Positions 12,549-22,357 of a DNA stretch of 64,000 nt are shown one piece after another. The stretch is taken from assembly GCA_963714015.1 (NCBI GenBank), contig OY970223.1:2208001-2272000 (forward strand), read 5' to 3'. The DNA comes from Vulcanimicrobiota bacterium (GTDB lineage Bacteria > Vulcanimicrobiota > Vulcanimicrobiia > Vulcanimicrobiales > Vulcanimicrobiaceae). The position numbers and the translations under genes are program-made. Each line of letters begins with the position of its first letter. Within the stretch, counting starts at the first letter, position 1. The notes under the pieces are model-generated. The model had not been told where the DNA came from, ran no database searches, and saw only the letters and a program-made list of their open reading frames with translations.

Positions 12549-14534
12549 ATGCGCATGTCCACCGTCGCGCGCCGCAGCGTTTCAGTATTAACGAGCATCG
12601 TAATGCTGTCGCTTACGGCGTGCGGCGCTGGACGCAGCGGAACTCCGCTCGCACCGCTTCCGTCTCCGCACGCATCGGGCAAAGGAAAGGCCCGAGTGGT
12701 CGTGCTGATCGCGAGCGAAGCCGATCGAGCCGCTGCACGCGCCGCCGAGCCGGCCAAAAGCCGGACGCGTATGTGGGTCTCACCTTCCAGCATGGGGCTT
12801 GAAGTGCAGGATGGTCCGCACGGGTCGCCTCCGACCGATACGGAGGTCTTCGACATATCCTCCGGGGGACCAAACTGCACGGCGACTTCTCCCCGGTCGT
12901 GCACGCTCTACATGAATCCACCCGTCGGCAACGATGACTTCACCATTACCACGTACGATCAAAAACCCGTCGGCGGCACGATACCTTCAACCGCAAAGGT
13001 TCTCGGGGAAACCGCTACCGTTGCGCAGACGATTACACTGGATACGCTCAACACGCTCAACTTCTACGTCGGCGCGGTGCTTGCGGGGGTGTCGTATAGC
13101 GGGGGCCTGAGTTACGAGTCGCTCCCTGCAAACGGATCTGCGCAAACGATGGCGATGGATCTCATTCCGGTTGACGCTGACGGGAACGTTACGCAAGGCG
13201 GCGCGAACGACCCTTACAGCAACCCGATTTCCGTGACGCTCGGTGAAACCGGCGGCTCGGGGCATGCCAGCCTTTGGCTCAACGGTTCGAACGTGGGCAC
13301 GGCGGCGACGATCGCCCACTCGTCGGACAGTTTGGTACTGCACTACGACGGCGGCGGCTTGCCGGGATACTATACGAGTACGTCCGTTTCAGCCTCGGGA
13401 GCAACCGGCTCCACGCTGCAGATGTCGCCCATGTACGTGACGGCGCCGTGCGGCCAGTACTGTTTGGGCAACTTGACGTACACTTCGGGGATTCAGAGCG
13501 TCGGATTTACGATCTCGGAGGCTGCTGCGCCGCCCTCAATTACGTATGCAGCCGACTTTAGCGGCTGCAACGTCACGACCTCGGGCATCTCCGGCAGCGG
13601 CGCTTCGGCGAGCGACACGATTGAGTCGGACGATCTTCAGACCGCCGCATCGAATTGCACCGGCACGTTTTCCGATTCAAGCGGGACGAGCATAAATATT
13701 CCGACCTCGATCCCGGCCGCCGTCCAGCATTGCTCGAGCGGGCCTGCCGGCGCGCAAATCGATGCGAATACGGTTTCCACGGGGAGCCGCTGCCCGTTAA
13801 CCGTCTCGACGTACCACACGTGGGAGTATTACCCGGCGGGGCCAGGCGGCGCCTATTCCACCAGCATGCCCTTTTCCGTCAGTGAAACGAACGATACGAC
13901 GCCTTTGAGCGTAAGCAATACGTGCAGCGGTGATGCGACCGTATCGCCTAGTTCCGTTCCGGGCGGCGCCTCTTTGGCGTCGACGGCTGCGGGCACCGTT
14001 ACGCCGACTGCAACCACTGCAAACGCCGTTTGCGGCATTACCGTAAGCGACGGCACGCAGACCCAAACGATCGACGTAAACACGTACGCGCCGAACGTGC
14101 TGACGAATTCGCTCGTCACCCAGCCGAATTGCGTCGCAGCCTTGTCTTCGTCAAACGGCTATCTCTACGACTGCACGTTCCATTTTATTACGCCATACGC
14201 GGTCAGCGCCTCGGATCCGGTCGGCATAGAGAGAATATCGAACAGCATCCCCGCGCCCATCGCCTACACGATCTTGGGCAACGAATACGTGGGTGACTGC
14301 TCGGATCCGACGCCCAAACCGCCGTCGTACTCCAATTGGACGAACGTCGCATTCCAGAGCGGCGCAGGCATAGCCGCAGGACAGACGTCCAATTCCAGCC
14401 TTCCGCTCACCGGAGAGATCACGTCACTGCCGGGAACGGCGGCGAACGGCCAAATATGCGGCTATTTTGAAATGTCGGTTCGCGGACCGGCCGCTACGAC
14501 GTTCACGCTGCAGTACGCTATCGACCAAACGTAA
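12549..14534 (+). CDS. Surface lipoprotein, paralog of the upstream gene
   Basis: AAGGAAGG RBS, lipobox LTAC, WVSPSS domain, paired cysteines, S/T-rich repeats. Confidence 0.75.
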   Translation: MRMSTVARRSVSVLTSIVMLSLTACGAGRSGTPLAPLPSPHASGKGKARVVVLIASEADRAAARAAEPAKSRTRMWVSPSSMGLEVQDGPHGSPPTDTEVFDISSGGPNCTATSPRSCTLYMNPPVGNDDFTITTYDQKPVGGTIPSTAKVLGETATVAQTITLDTLNTLNFYVGAVLAGVSYSGGLSYESLPANGSAQTMAMDLIPVDADGNVTQGGANDPYSNPISVTLGETGGSGHASLWLNGSNVGTAATIAHSSDSLVLHYDGGGLPGYYTSTSVSASGATGSTLQMSPMYVTAPCGQYCLGNLTYTSGIQSVGFTISEAAAPPSITYAADFSGCNVTTSGISGSGASASDTIESDDLQTAASNCTGTFSDSSGTSINIPTSIPAAVQHCSSGPAGAQIDANTVSTGSRCPLTVSTYHTWEYYPAGPGGAYSTSMPFSVSETNDTTPLSVSNTCSGDATVSPSSVPGGASLASTAAGTVTPTATTANAVCGITVSDGTQTQTIDVNTYAPNVLTNSLVTQPNCVAALSSSNGYLYDCTFHFITPYAVSASDPVGIERISNSIPAPIAYTILGNEYVGDCSDPTPKPPSYSNWTNVAFQSGAGIAAGQTSNSSLPLTGEITSLPGTAANGQICGYFEMSVRGPAATTFTLQYAIDQT

Positions 14535-14556
14535 GACTCCGGTTGCCGGGGGCAAA

Positions 14557-15735
14557 CTATACCGGCCGCGGCCGCGACCGTCCTACGGCAATTCGTTCGA
14601 GTTCCAGCCAGATCGCGAGCGAACGCAGATCTTCGTCCAATCGCGCGCGCACGGCTGCGTGTTTTACTCCCGGCTCGTAGTGAATCGCATGAACGCGCAG
14701 CGTCGCGGCGGCGCGGTCGGCTTTGAGATCGACGCGCGCGACGAGGTGCTCGTTCAAGAGATACGGCAGCACATAGTATCCGTGGACGCGCTTGTGCGGA
14801 GGCGTGTAGATCTCGATCCGGTAATGAAAGCCAAACAGGCGATGCGTACGGGCGCGATTCCAAACGAGGGAGTCGAACGGCGAGAGCAGCGCCGAGGTCT
14901 CGATGTTTCGCGGTACGCGCCGGCCGGTCTCGACGTACGCGGGTTGCTTCCAGCCCTCGACTGCGACCATTTGCAAAGCGCCGCTTTGAACCAACTCGTG
15001 AACTCGGCGCTTTCCGTCTGCGGCGTCGAGCCGAAAGAAGTCGCGCAGGTCGGCCTCGGTCGCTACACCCAGCGCCCGGGCCCCGATTAGAATCAAGCGC
15101 CGCTGCTGTTCGTCTTCCGGAAGCGCCGGTGCGCTGCGCAGTTCGGCGGGAATAACGCGATCGCTGAGATCGTAGACGCGTTCAAAGCTGGAACGACGCT
15201 CGACGACCGCGAGATCGCCGGCCCAAAAGAGAAACTCGACGGCGCGCTTGGTGTCGCTCCAGCCCCACCAGCTGCCGGTGCCTTTGCCCTCGCCGAACTC
15301 CGACGCGCTCATCGCGCCGTTTTTCCGGAACGTTTCAAGCACGCGCGCGACGAAGTCGCGCCGTTCGCGTCCGATCCGCGCGACGTGGTTCCATGTCCCG
15401 CGTCCGTCGCGCGCGCGTTCCATCCGCCAGCCGAACAGCGGATACGATTCGATCGGTAGGAGCGATGCTTCGTGACCCCAATATTCGAACAGGCGGCGCG
15501 GACGGCGATACGCCAGACGCTCGAGCAGACTACGATCGTAGGCACCAAGTCGCGAAAAGGCCGGCAAATAATGCGAGCGAACCAGCACGTTGACGGAGTC
15601 GATCTGCACCGTGCCCAGACTGCGGATCAGCGCGAGCAGCGCGCGAAGGCCGGCGCGCGGATACTCCCGGCCGAAACCTTGCGCGTCGAGAGCGATGCGC
15701 CGCGCTTGCGCGAGGGAAAGCGAATTGTCCCTCAC
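14557..15735 (-). CDS. ycaQ: YcaQ/AlkZ (HTH_42) family DNA glycosylase for interstrand crosslink repair
   Basis: LSLAQARRIALDAQGF, QIDSVNVLVRSHYL (QxD), FEYWGHEAS, LLSPFD, YRIEIYTP and GYYVLP. The GTG start overlaps the upstream stop. Confidence 0.88.
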   Translation of the reverse strand: MRDNSLSLAQARRIALDAQGFGREYPRAGLRALLALIRSLGTVQIDSVNVLVRSHYLPAFSRLGAYDRSLLERLAYRRPRRLFEYWGHEASLLPIESYPLFGWRMERARDGRGTWNHVARIGRERRDFVARVLETFRKNGAMSASEFGEGKGTGSWWGWSDTKRAVEFLFWAGDLAVVERRSSFERVYDLSDRVIPAELRSAPALPEDEQQRRLILIGARALGVATEADLRDFFRLDAADGKRRVHELVQSGALQMVAVEGWKQPAYVETGRRVPRNIETSALLSPFDSLVWNRARTHRLFGFHYRIEIYTPPHKRVHGYYVLPYLLNEHLVARVDLKADRAAATLRVHAIHYEPGVKHAAVRARLDEDLRSLAIWLELERIAVGRSRPRPV

Positions 15736-17252
15736 GCGCCGTACCAGCGTAAACGCGGCCAAATCGCCGGAAGCGGCGCGATCGGATCGCTGCACAGGTA
15801 AATCGGCGTGGGGCCTTCCACGATCCATTTGTACGGATTGCCGTACGTCGCAACGAGCTTCATTCGGCGATAAAGGCTGCGCACGACGTCCGCTTGCGTT
15901 GCACCGACGACGATGAGCGTGCTGCCGTCGTATCCGTCCGTTCCCCAGAGGTAATAGGTATTTTGCGCACTGATGACGCGCGGCAACCCATATCGCGAGC
16001 CATAGAATTCCAAGCCGCCGGCGTCGCCGTAGGTGTCGGCAAAGACGCCCGTTCGCGCACGCGTACGCGGCGGCAACGAATTGTAGACCGCGGCGACGTG
16101 CCGGGTCAGCTCGTCCCAACCGAATTCCTCGGCGAAGAGCGGCTGAATCAGCCGCGGCTCCGTGCCGTTCCGGCCGGTCAGATGCAGCGCGCGCGTATAC
16201 GCAATGAGCGAGTCGACCGGTAAGACCGGCAGCGAGATCGGCAGAAACACGACCGACGTCACGACCAAGACGGCGACGAGCAGGGCCCGCTTCGTGACGC
16301 TCTGCAGAACCGATTCGACCACGACGCTTCCCGCTGCAAGCAGCGCGGCGTAGACGCCGATGATGTAGTAACCTTTCGCTTCGAGCGCGATGGCCAACAG
16401 CAGCAGCACGCCGTACGTCACCGCCAGGAAACGCAGCGCCGCGAAGCGCCGGCAGAACGCCGGCGCGGCCAGCCCCAAAATCCAGATGAGCGCCGCAATC
16501 GGATTCGTGTAGACGAGCTGTTCGACGATGAATGCCAGCCCGTTTTGGCCGACGTTGCGGTATTCCAGTTCCAGGCCCGTTTGAAAAGCGTGGCGATGCG
16601 CGAAGTCGCCTTGAACGACTTGAACGAACGGCCACGCATGCGCCCATTGCCAGAGCAGATTCGGCGCCAGCAGCACGCCCGAGCATAGGATGGCCGCGGG
16701 GAACCACCAGGTTGCCAAGAGTTTTCGCTCGCGCGTCGCCATCAAGCCGGCCGCTATCGAAACGCCGAGCAGCAGCATTGAGTACTTTCCGTACATGCCG
16801 AACGCAAACGCAGCCCCCGCCGCAATCCAAAGCCGGCGATCGCCGGTGCGGGCCATGCGAATCACGATATAGATGAAGAGCGTCCAGGAGAACGGTTCGA
16901 ACGACGTCGTCGTCAGCGTGTTGCCCAGCAGAAGGTACGCGGGGAGCACGAATGCGGTCAGCGCTGCGAGCGATTGCGCGAAGCGTCCGCCGCCCAGGTC
17001 CGAAGCGATGCGCGCCGCCAGCCAAACGGTGACTGCCGCCGCAAGCGAGGGCAGCAGGCGCAGTACAATCAGATTGTAACCCAGCGGCCCCGATAGCCAT
17101 GCATCGAACGCCACGAGCGGCGGCTGATCCACATAGCCCCAAGACAGATGCTTCGCGCATGCGATGAAGTAGAGCTCGTCGCGAAAGTAGCCGTAGCGCC
17201 AATCCGTTGCAACGTGCGCAAGGAAGGCGGCGACGGCGATGACGAGCGGCAT
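15732..17252 (-). CDS. Glycosyltransferase family 39 (ArnT/PMT-like) membrane protein
   Basis: YGYFRDELYFIAC..HLSWGYVDQPPL, GKYS and PNLLWQ; multiple TM helices. Confidence 0.85.
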   Translation of the reverse strand: MPLVIAVAAFLAHVATDWRYGYFRDELYFIACAKHLSWGYVDQPPLVAFDAWLSGPLGYNLIVLRLLPSLAAAVTVWLAARIASDLGGGRFAQSLAALTAFVLPAYLLLGNTLTTTSFEPFSWTLFIYIVIRMARTGDRRLWIAAGAAFAFGMYGKYSMLLLGVSIAAGLMATRERKLLATWWFPAAILCSGVLLAPNLLWQWAHAWPFVQVVQGDFAHRHAFQTGLELEYRNVGQNGLAFIVEQLVYTNPIAALIWILGLAAPAFCRRFAALRFLAVTYGVLLLLAIALEAKGYYIIGVYAALLAAGSVVVESVLQSVTKRALLVAVLVVTSVVFLPISLPVLPVDSLIAYTRALHLTGRNGTEPRLIQPLFAEEFGWDELTRHVAAVYNSLPPRTRARTGVFADTYGDAGGLEFYGSRYGLPRVISAQNTYYLWGTDGYDGSTLIVVGATQADVVRSLYRRMKLVATYGNPYKWIVEGPTPIYLCSDPIAPLPAIWPRLRWYGA

Positions 17253-17253
17253 C

Positions 17254-18261
17254 CTATCCGCTTTGCGTCCGAGGCGCCGCAAGGAGCGTCAGCCCGAATC
17301 CGATGACCCCGGACCAGAGCGTCGCGCCGAGTACGACGTTCCAGTCCCACCACAGGCGGTCCGCGATCGCCGTAACGAGAAAGTAGGCAACAAAATACGC
17401 CATCGGCACGGCGATCCCCAGGATGCGGTACGGCGAACCGGGCTCGGGAGAAGGATGCAGCGTCGCGACGATAACATCGCCTACGATTCCGGCGGCAAGA
17501 CTCATCACCAGCACCGTAATCAGCAGCGGCGTGTCGTTCGTAAATGCCGCGGCTGCGGCAAAATTGCCGAGCAGATACGTGAGCGTAAGCGCACCCGGAC
17601 GCAGATTGAAGCGCGTTCCGGCAAAAAGTGCGAAGCCGGCCATAATAGCGCTTTGAAACAGCACGACCAGAACGCCGGTTCCGATCTTGTAGTACCCGAT
17701 TGCGACCGCGGTGAGGTAGTCGGGCGAAAAGCCGGCGATTGAGGGCGGCGCGTTCGTGCGCCCGGCGCCCGGGTCGAATGCATAGGCGGTTCCGAAGTGA
17801 ATTAGCTCGATCCAGGTCGCCAGCGCAAAGATCAGCGGAAGTTGATCCGCAAGGGTGCGCAACTGCGCGCGATTGCGCAGCGCCGATGCAATCGGCCCGC
17901 TCGCGATGAAGAAGATCCCCAGTCCAAGTCCTTGGTGCGTCGGACTGAGCAGCGCATCGACGCCTTCTTCGACGCCCAGCAGCCGGTGCCAGAGCATGTC
18001 GCCGATACCCGAAAGGATAAAGATCGGAATGCCCAGCAGCGGCAGGCGGTACGCGGAGGGAATGCGCTTGCGGAAAGCGACGAGCACGGCCACCAAAGCC
18101 AGCATACCGCTGTAAAATAGTGCGTGATACGGCGTGAAAAACGATTCGATCGGTACGTGGCCGTGTGCCCAGGCGTCCAAGAAGAATCCGCACGAGATCC
18201 AGAGCGTGCACGCGCCGACGAGCAGGTCGAGTGCAGCGTTGCGGTTTGGCCGGGCACGCAT
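17254..18261 (-). CDS. Polytopic membrane protein with two D-x3-H...P-x-H motifs
   Basis: About 9 hydrophobic segments; FLDAWAH..ESFFTPYH and GDMLWH..ALLSPTH. Confidence 0.7.
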   Translation of the reverse strand: MRARPNRNAALDLLVGACTLWISCGFFLDAWAHGHVPIESFFTPYHALFYSGMLALVAVLVAFRKRIPSAYRLPLLGIPIFILSGIGDMLWHRLLGVEEGVDALLSPTHQGLGLGIFFIASGPIASALRNRAQLRTLADQLPLIFALATWIELIHFGTAYAFDPGAGRTNAPPSIAGFSPDYLTAVAIGYYKIGTGVLVVLFQSAIMAGFALFAGTRFNLRPGALTLTYLLGNFAAAAAFTNDTPLLITVLVMSLAAGIVGDVIVATLHPSPEPGSPYRILGIAVPMAYFVAYFLVTAIADRLWWDWNVVLGATLWSGVIGFGLTLLAAPRTQSG

Positions 18262-18321
18262 GGGCCTAGCGTACGAGCCCCGGCAGGAAATATCCGCTGC
18301 ACCGGGTGTAGAAAGCTCGCG

Positions 18322-18735
18322 ATGCAAACTCGGGCCTATGCGCTCGCCGCACTCCTGCTTGCGGCATGTGCTTCGCACGTAACCGCCGTTCCGGCGAATG
18401 CGACCTTCGGTGAAAAACCGTCGCTTCCGGCGCCGGAAAGGGATACGCCGAAAGCGACGCCGCGTATCCAGGCGATCTGGCTTTCCGGCAACGACGTGCG
18501 GCGAGGAGCGGATTGGTCCGGAGAGATCGTAACCTCGACCAACGTCGCAAGCGTGGAGGTGCGGACGAACCTGTTTTCGATCGACGTTCCGCGGCGCGCG
18601 TTCGGACGCTTCGCGTTTCGGCTCCACGTATTCGACGTTCCCCCGATCTTCGTGCGGGCGTACGATCTGCGCGTGATCGCGCGGAACGCGGCGGGCGCGC
18701 AGGCTGAAGAAGACTTGCCTTTCCGGATTCGCTGA
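18322..18735 (+). CDS. Small hypothetical lipoprotein
   Basis: MQTRAYALAALLLAAC lipobox followed by a beta-rich C-terminus. Confidence 0.65.
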   Translation: MQTRAYALAALLLAACASHVTAVPANATFGEKPSLPAPERDTPKATPRIQAIWLSGNDVRRGADWSGEIVTSTNVASVEVRTNLFSIDVPRRAFGRFAFRLHVFDVPPIFVRAYDLRVIARNAAGAQAEEDLPFRIR

Positions 18736-18753
18736 TTTGGAGATGAAGACGTA

Positions 18754-19542
18754 ATGCCCGACGTTCGCTTTGCCTCAAACGGCGCCGTATTGACGGTGAC
18801 GCTCGATCGCCCGCAGCGAAAGAATCCGCTGACGTTCGAGTCGTACGCGCAGCTGCGCGACTGCTTTCTTGCGTTGAATGACGATTCGCAGACGAAGGTA
18901 GTCGTTTTGACGGGGGAAGGCGAGAATTTTTGCTCCGGCGGCGACGTGCATGACATCATCGGGCCGCTCACGGCGCGCAGCCCCGAGCAACTTCTCGAGT
19001 TTACGCAGATGACCGGAAATTTAGTCAAAGCAATGCGCGCCTGCCCGCAGCCGATCGTCGCGGCGGTCGACGGCGTCTGCGCCGGAGCCGGTGCTATTCT
19101 GGCGATGGCATCGGACGTTCGATTCGGTACGGCACGCAGTAAGGTCGCGTTTCTGTTCGTTCGCGTAGGGCTCGCCGGTTGCGATATGGGCGCTTGTGCC
19201 TTGCTGCCGCGCATCATCGGCCAAGGCCGCGCATCCGAGCTGCTCTACACCGGCCGGACGATGGGGGGCGACGAGGCGCTGTCGTGGGGATTCTACAACG
19301 GGCTGCACGAGCCCGGCGATCTGCTTGCATACGCCGCATCGTTTGCGCAGACGCTGGCTTCGGGTCCGACGTTCGCCCACGCGATGACCAAGCAGATGCT
19401 GCATGAGGAATGGAACATGCCGCTCGACGCCGCCATCGACGCCGAAGCGCGGGCGCAAGCGCTTTGCATGCAGACGAACGATTTCCGGCGCGCGTACGAA
19501 GCGTTTGCCGGCGGCACCAAACCGTTGTTTGCGGGCGATTAA
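18754..19542 (+). CDS. Enoyl-CoA hydratase family protein (aminobenzoate-cluster type)
   Basis: [23 protein letters not shown] and [10 protein letters not shown] crotonase motifs. Confidence 0.92.
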   Translation: MPDVRFASNGAVLTVTLDRPQRKNPLTFESYAQLRDCFLALNDDSQTKVVVLTGEGENFCSGGDVHDIIGPLTARSPEQLLEFTQMTGNLVKAMRACPQPIVAAVDGVCAGAGAILAMASDVRFGTARSKVAFLFVRVGLAGCDMGACALLPRIIGQGRASELLYTGRTMGGDEALSWGFYNGLHEPGDLLAYAASFAQTLASGPTFAHAMTKQMLHEEWNMPLDAAIDAEARAQALCMQTNDFRRAYEAFAGGTKPLFAGD

Positions 19543-20670
19543 ATGCTGCAAAGGATCGTTCACTGGCCGTTCTTCGGAGAGTCTGAGCGTGATTTTGCCT
19601 CCGACTTCGAATCGTGGGTTTCAAGGCAGCCGCCCGGCGACGAAAACGACGCTGACGGTTCGTGCCGGCGATGGGTGCACACGCTGGCGGAAGGGGGCTG
19701 GCTGGCATTCTGCGTCGAGCTTGAAGTGCGCAAATTGGCCCTTGCGCGCGAGGCCCTGGCTTATCGCGACGCGCTTGGCGATTTTGCGTTCGCGATGCAG
19801 GGCCTCGGCGCTGGACCCATCGCCCTGTTCGGCAGCAAGGAACAGCGCCAAACTCTTCTTCCGGAGATCGTCTCCGGCGAAGCGATTATGGCCTTCGCGC
19901 TCTCGGAAAGCGAAGCGGGCTCCGACGTTTCAGCTATTACTACGCGGGCGCGGCGCGACGCAGAGAGCTACGTCATCGACGGCGAGAAGACGTGGATCAG
20001 CAACGCCGGCATTGCCGACCGGTATGTCGTCTTTGCTCGCACTTCCGACGAGGGATCGAGGGGGCTCAGCGCGTTCGTAGTGGATGCAAACACGCCGGGG
20101 CTGTCGATCGCGCGGCGCATCGAAACGATCTCGCCCCATCCGTTAGGCACCCTTCGATTCGACGCCGTGAGCGTTCCGGTCGCCCGGCTCATCGGCGTGC
20201 CCGGCGAGGGTTTCAAGATCGCAATGGCCACGCTCGACCTCTTCCGTCCGACCGTCGGCGCCGCTGCAATGGGCTTTGCGCGGCGCGCGCTGGACGAAAC
20301 GATCCGGCACGTGAAGTCGCGCCGTGTTTTCGGCGCACCGCTCGCCCAGATGCAGTTGACGCAGGCAAAGATCGCCCACATGGCCACCGAAATCGAAGCG
20401 GGTGAATTGCTGGTCTATCGCGCCGCGTTCGAAAAGGATTCGGGCAAGCCCCGGATCACGCGCGAAGCGGCAATGGCCAAGTGGTTCGCCACAGAAGCGG
20501 CCGGGAGAGCGGCGGACGCGGCCGTGCAGCTCTTCGGCGGTGCCGGCGTGACGAAAGGCGAGATCGCCGAACGGCTCTACCGTGACGTGCGCGCGCTGCG
20601 GATCTACGAAGGCGCGAGCGAAATTCAGCAGCTCGTCATTGCGCGCAGCGTTCTAGAGGATCGATCGTGA
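19543..20670 (+). CDS. Acyl-CoA dehydrogenase
   Basis: FALSESEAGSDV, GEKTWISNAG and RIYEGASEIQ. Confidence 0.92.
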   Translation: MLQRIVHWPFFGESERDFASDFESWVSRQPPGDENDADGSCRRWVHTLAEGGWLAFCVELEVRKLALAREALAYRDALGDFAFAMQGLGAGPIALFGSKEQRQTLLPEIVSGEAIMAFALSESEAGSDVSAITTRARRDAESYVIDGEKTWISNAGIADRYVVFARTSDEGSRGLSAFVVDANTPGLSIARRIETISPHPLGTLRFDAVSVPVARLIGVPGEGFKIAMATLDLFRPTVGAAAMGFARRALDETIRHVKSRRVFGAPLAQMQLTQAKIAHMATEIEAGELLVYRAAFEKDSGKPRITREAAMAKWFATEAAGRAADAAVQLFGGAGVTKGEIAERLYRDVRALRIYEGASEIQQLVIARSVLEDRS

Positions 20671-22280
20671 CCGAAACGGCCCACGTCGACGCCTTCGCGC
20701 GCGCAGGTCTGCCGCCGCGAGATCAGTGGCCGGATCTCATCTTTAGCCTTCCGGAATTGCAGTATCCGGAGCGCCTGAATTGCGCGTCGCGCTTACTGGA
20801 CCGGCACGTCGCCGAAGGCCGCGGAGACCGCCGCTGCATCGTCGCTCCCGGCATCGAGTGGACTTATCGCGATCTGTTCGAGCACGCCAATCGCATCGCG
20901 CGCGTGCTCACCGAAGACCTAGGCATCGTTCCTGGTAATCGCGTATTGCTGCGGGCGCCCAATACGCCCATGCTCGCGGCATGCTGGTTTGCGGTCATGA
21001 AAGCGGGCGCCGTCGCGGTTACGGCGATGCCGCTCTACCGCGCGAACGAACTTCGCAACATCATCGGTAAGGCGCGGATTGGTTTGGCGCTTTGCGATGC
21101 GGCACTCGCCGAAGAACTGCACGCCGCAGCGGCGGAAACCGCCGGGTTTACCACGGTGCACTTCGGAAACGGCGATCTGGAGGAACGAGCCCGCGCAAAG
21201 GAGCCGTCTTTTCGGAACGTCGACACGGCCGCAGAGGACGTGGCGATCATTGCATTTACGTCGGGAACGACCGGCAAACCGAAGGCTGCGATGCACTTTC
21301 ACCGCGACATCTTGGCGACGTGCGACAGCTACGGCAAACACGTGCTGCAAGCAAACGCGGACGATCTGTTCACCGGAAGTCCGCCCCTGGGGTTCACGTT
21401 CGGCTTGGGGGGCGGCCTGCTCTTTCCCCTCGACGTCGGCGCCGCGACGCTTCTGCTCGAAAAGGCGCCCCCGGAGAAGTTGCTTGGGGCAATCCGTGAA
21501 TTCAAAGTGAGCGTCCTCTTCACTGCGCCGATTGCGTACCGCGCAATGTGCGAATTGATGGAAAAATACGACGTGTCGTCGCTGCGCAAATGCGTCTCGG
21601 CCGGTGAGACTCTGCCGCTTGCGGTCTGGAAGCGCTGGCACGAGCAGACGGGCATCCGTATCTTGGACGGTATCGGCAGCACCGAGATGCTGCACATCTT
21701 CATCGGTTCGCCCGAACATCGCGTGCGCGGCGGATCGACCGGACAGACCGTTCCCGGTTACATCGCGCAAATTCACGACGATGATGGTAACGAACTGCCG
21801 CGCGGGCAGGTCGGACGTCTCGCCGTCAAAGGTCCGACCGGGTGCCGGTATCTGCAAGACGATCGTCAGCACACGTATGTGCGAGGCGGCTGGAACTATC
21901 CGGGCGACGCGTATCGCATGGACGAGGACGGCTATTTCCACTACGTCGCGCGCACCGACGACATGATCATCTCCGCCGGCTACAACATCTCCGGGCCCGA
22001 AGTCGAAGAAGTCTTGTCGGCGCATCCGCAGGTGCGCGAGTGCGCGGTCGTCGCGAAACCCGATCCGATCCACCACACGAACATCGTCAAAGCGTACGTC
22101 GTCCTGACCGACGCGCCGATCGGCACCGATGCCAAGGCAATCGAACTTCAAGAATTCGTCCGCGACCGTATCGCGCCGTTCAAAACGCCGCGCGAGATCG
22201 AGTTCGTTCCGGAACTGCCGCGCACTCAGACCGGCAAAGTGCAGCGGTTCCGCCTGCGCGAACAAGCCGCTTCCGAATAA
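20667..22280 (+). CDS. 2-aminobenzoate-CoA ligase (benzoate-CoA ligase family)
   Basis: AFTSGTTGKPK, DGIGSTEMLHIF and ARTDDMIISAGYNI; TAHVDAFAR..LPPRDQWP N-terminus. Confidence 0.88.
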   Translation: MTETAHVDAFARAGLPPRDQWPDLIFSLPELQYPERLNCASRLLDRHVAEGRGDRRCIVAPGIEWTYRDLFEHANRIARVLTEDLGIVPGNRVLLRAPNTPMLAACWFAVMKAGAVAVTAMPLYRANELRNIIGKARIGLALCDAALAEELHAAAAETAGFTTVHFGNGDLEERARAKEPSFRNVDTAAEDVAIIAFTSGTTGKPKAAMHFHRDILATCDSYGKHVLQANADDLFTGSPPLGFTFGLGGGLLFPLDVGAATLLLEKAPPEKLLGAIREFKVSVLFTAPIAYRAMCELMEKYDVSSLRKCVSAGETLPLAVWKRWHEQTGIRILDGIGSTEMLHIFIGSPEHRVRGGSTGQTVPGYIAQIHDDDGNELPRGQVGRLAVKGPTGCRYLQDDRQHTYVRGGWNYPGDAYRMDEDGYFHYVARTDDMIISAGYNISGPEVEEVLSAHPQVRECAVVAKPDPIHHTNIVKAYVVLTDAPIGTDAKAIELQEFVRDRIAPFKTPREIEFVPELPRTQTGKVQRFRLREQAASE

Positions 22281-22328
22281 ATTACGGTAAGCCGGATAAT
22301 CGGCACACGGGCGAGGTCCACAATAACG

Positions 22329-22350
22329 TGCTATAATGCGACCCCGGAGG
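22329..22350 (+). promoter_or_regulatory. Extended -10 promoter and RBS
   Basis: TGcTATAAT at 22329-22337 and GGAGG at 22346-22350 before the ATG at 22358. Confidence 0.6.
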
Positions 22351-22357
22351 TAGAACG

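Noticed and set aside
14557..17202. 881-aa ORF as a long YcaQ fusion
   Set aside because: Its N-terminal part is an alternative frame of the GT39 gene; YcaQ similarity begins at the GTG at 15735.
17254..18261. Calling this gene pmoC/amoC
   Set aside because: Only short motifs match, they are duplicated, and pmoA/pmoB are absent from the window.
811..18750. Block as a mobile element or genomic island
   Set aside because: No integrase, transposase, tRNA target or flanking repeat seen; kept only as a synteny observation.
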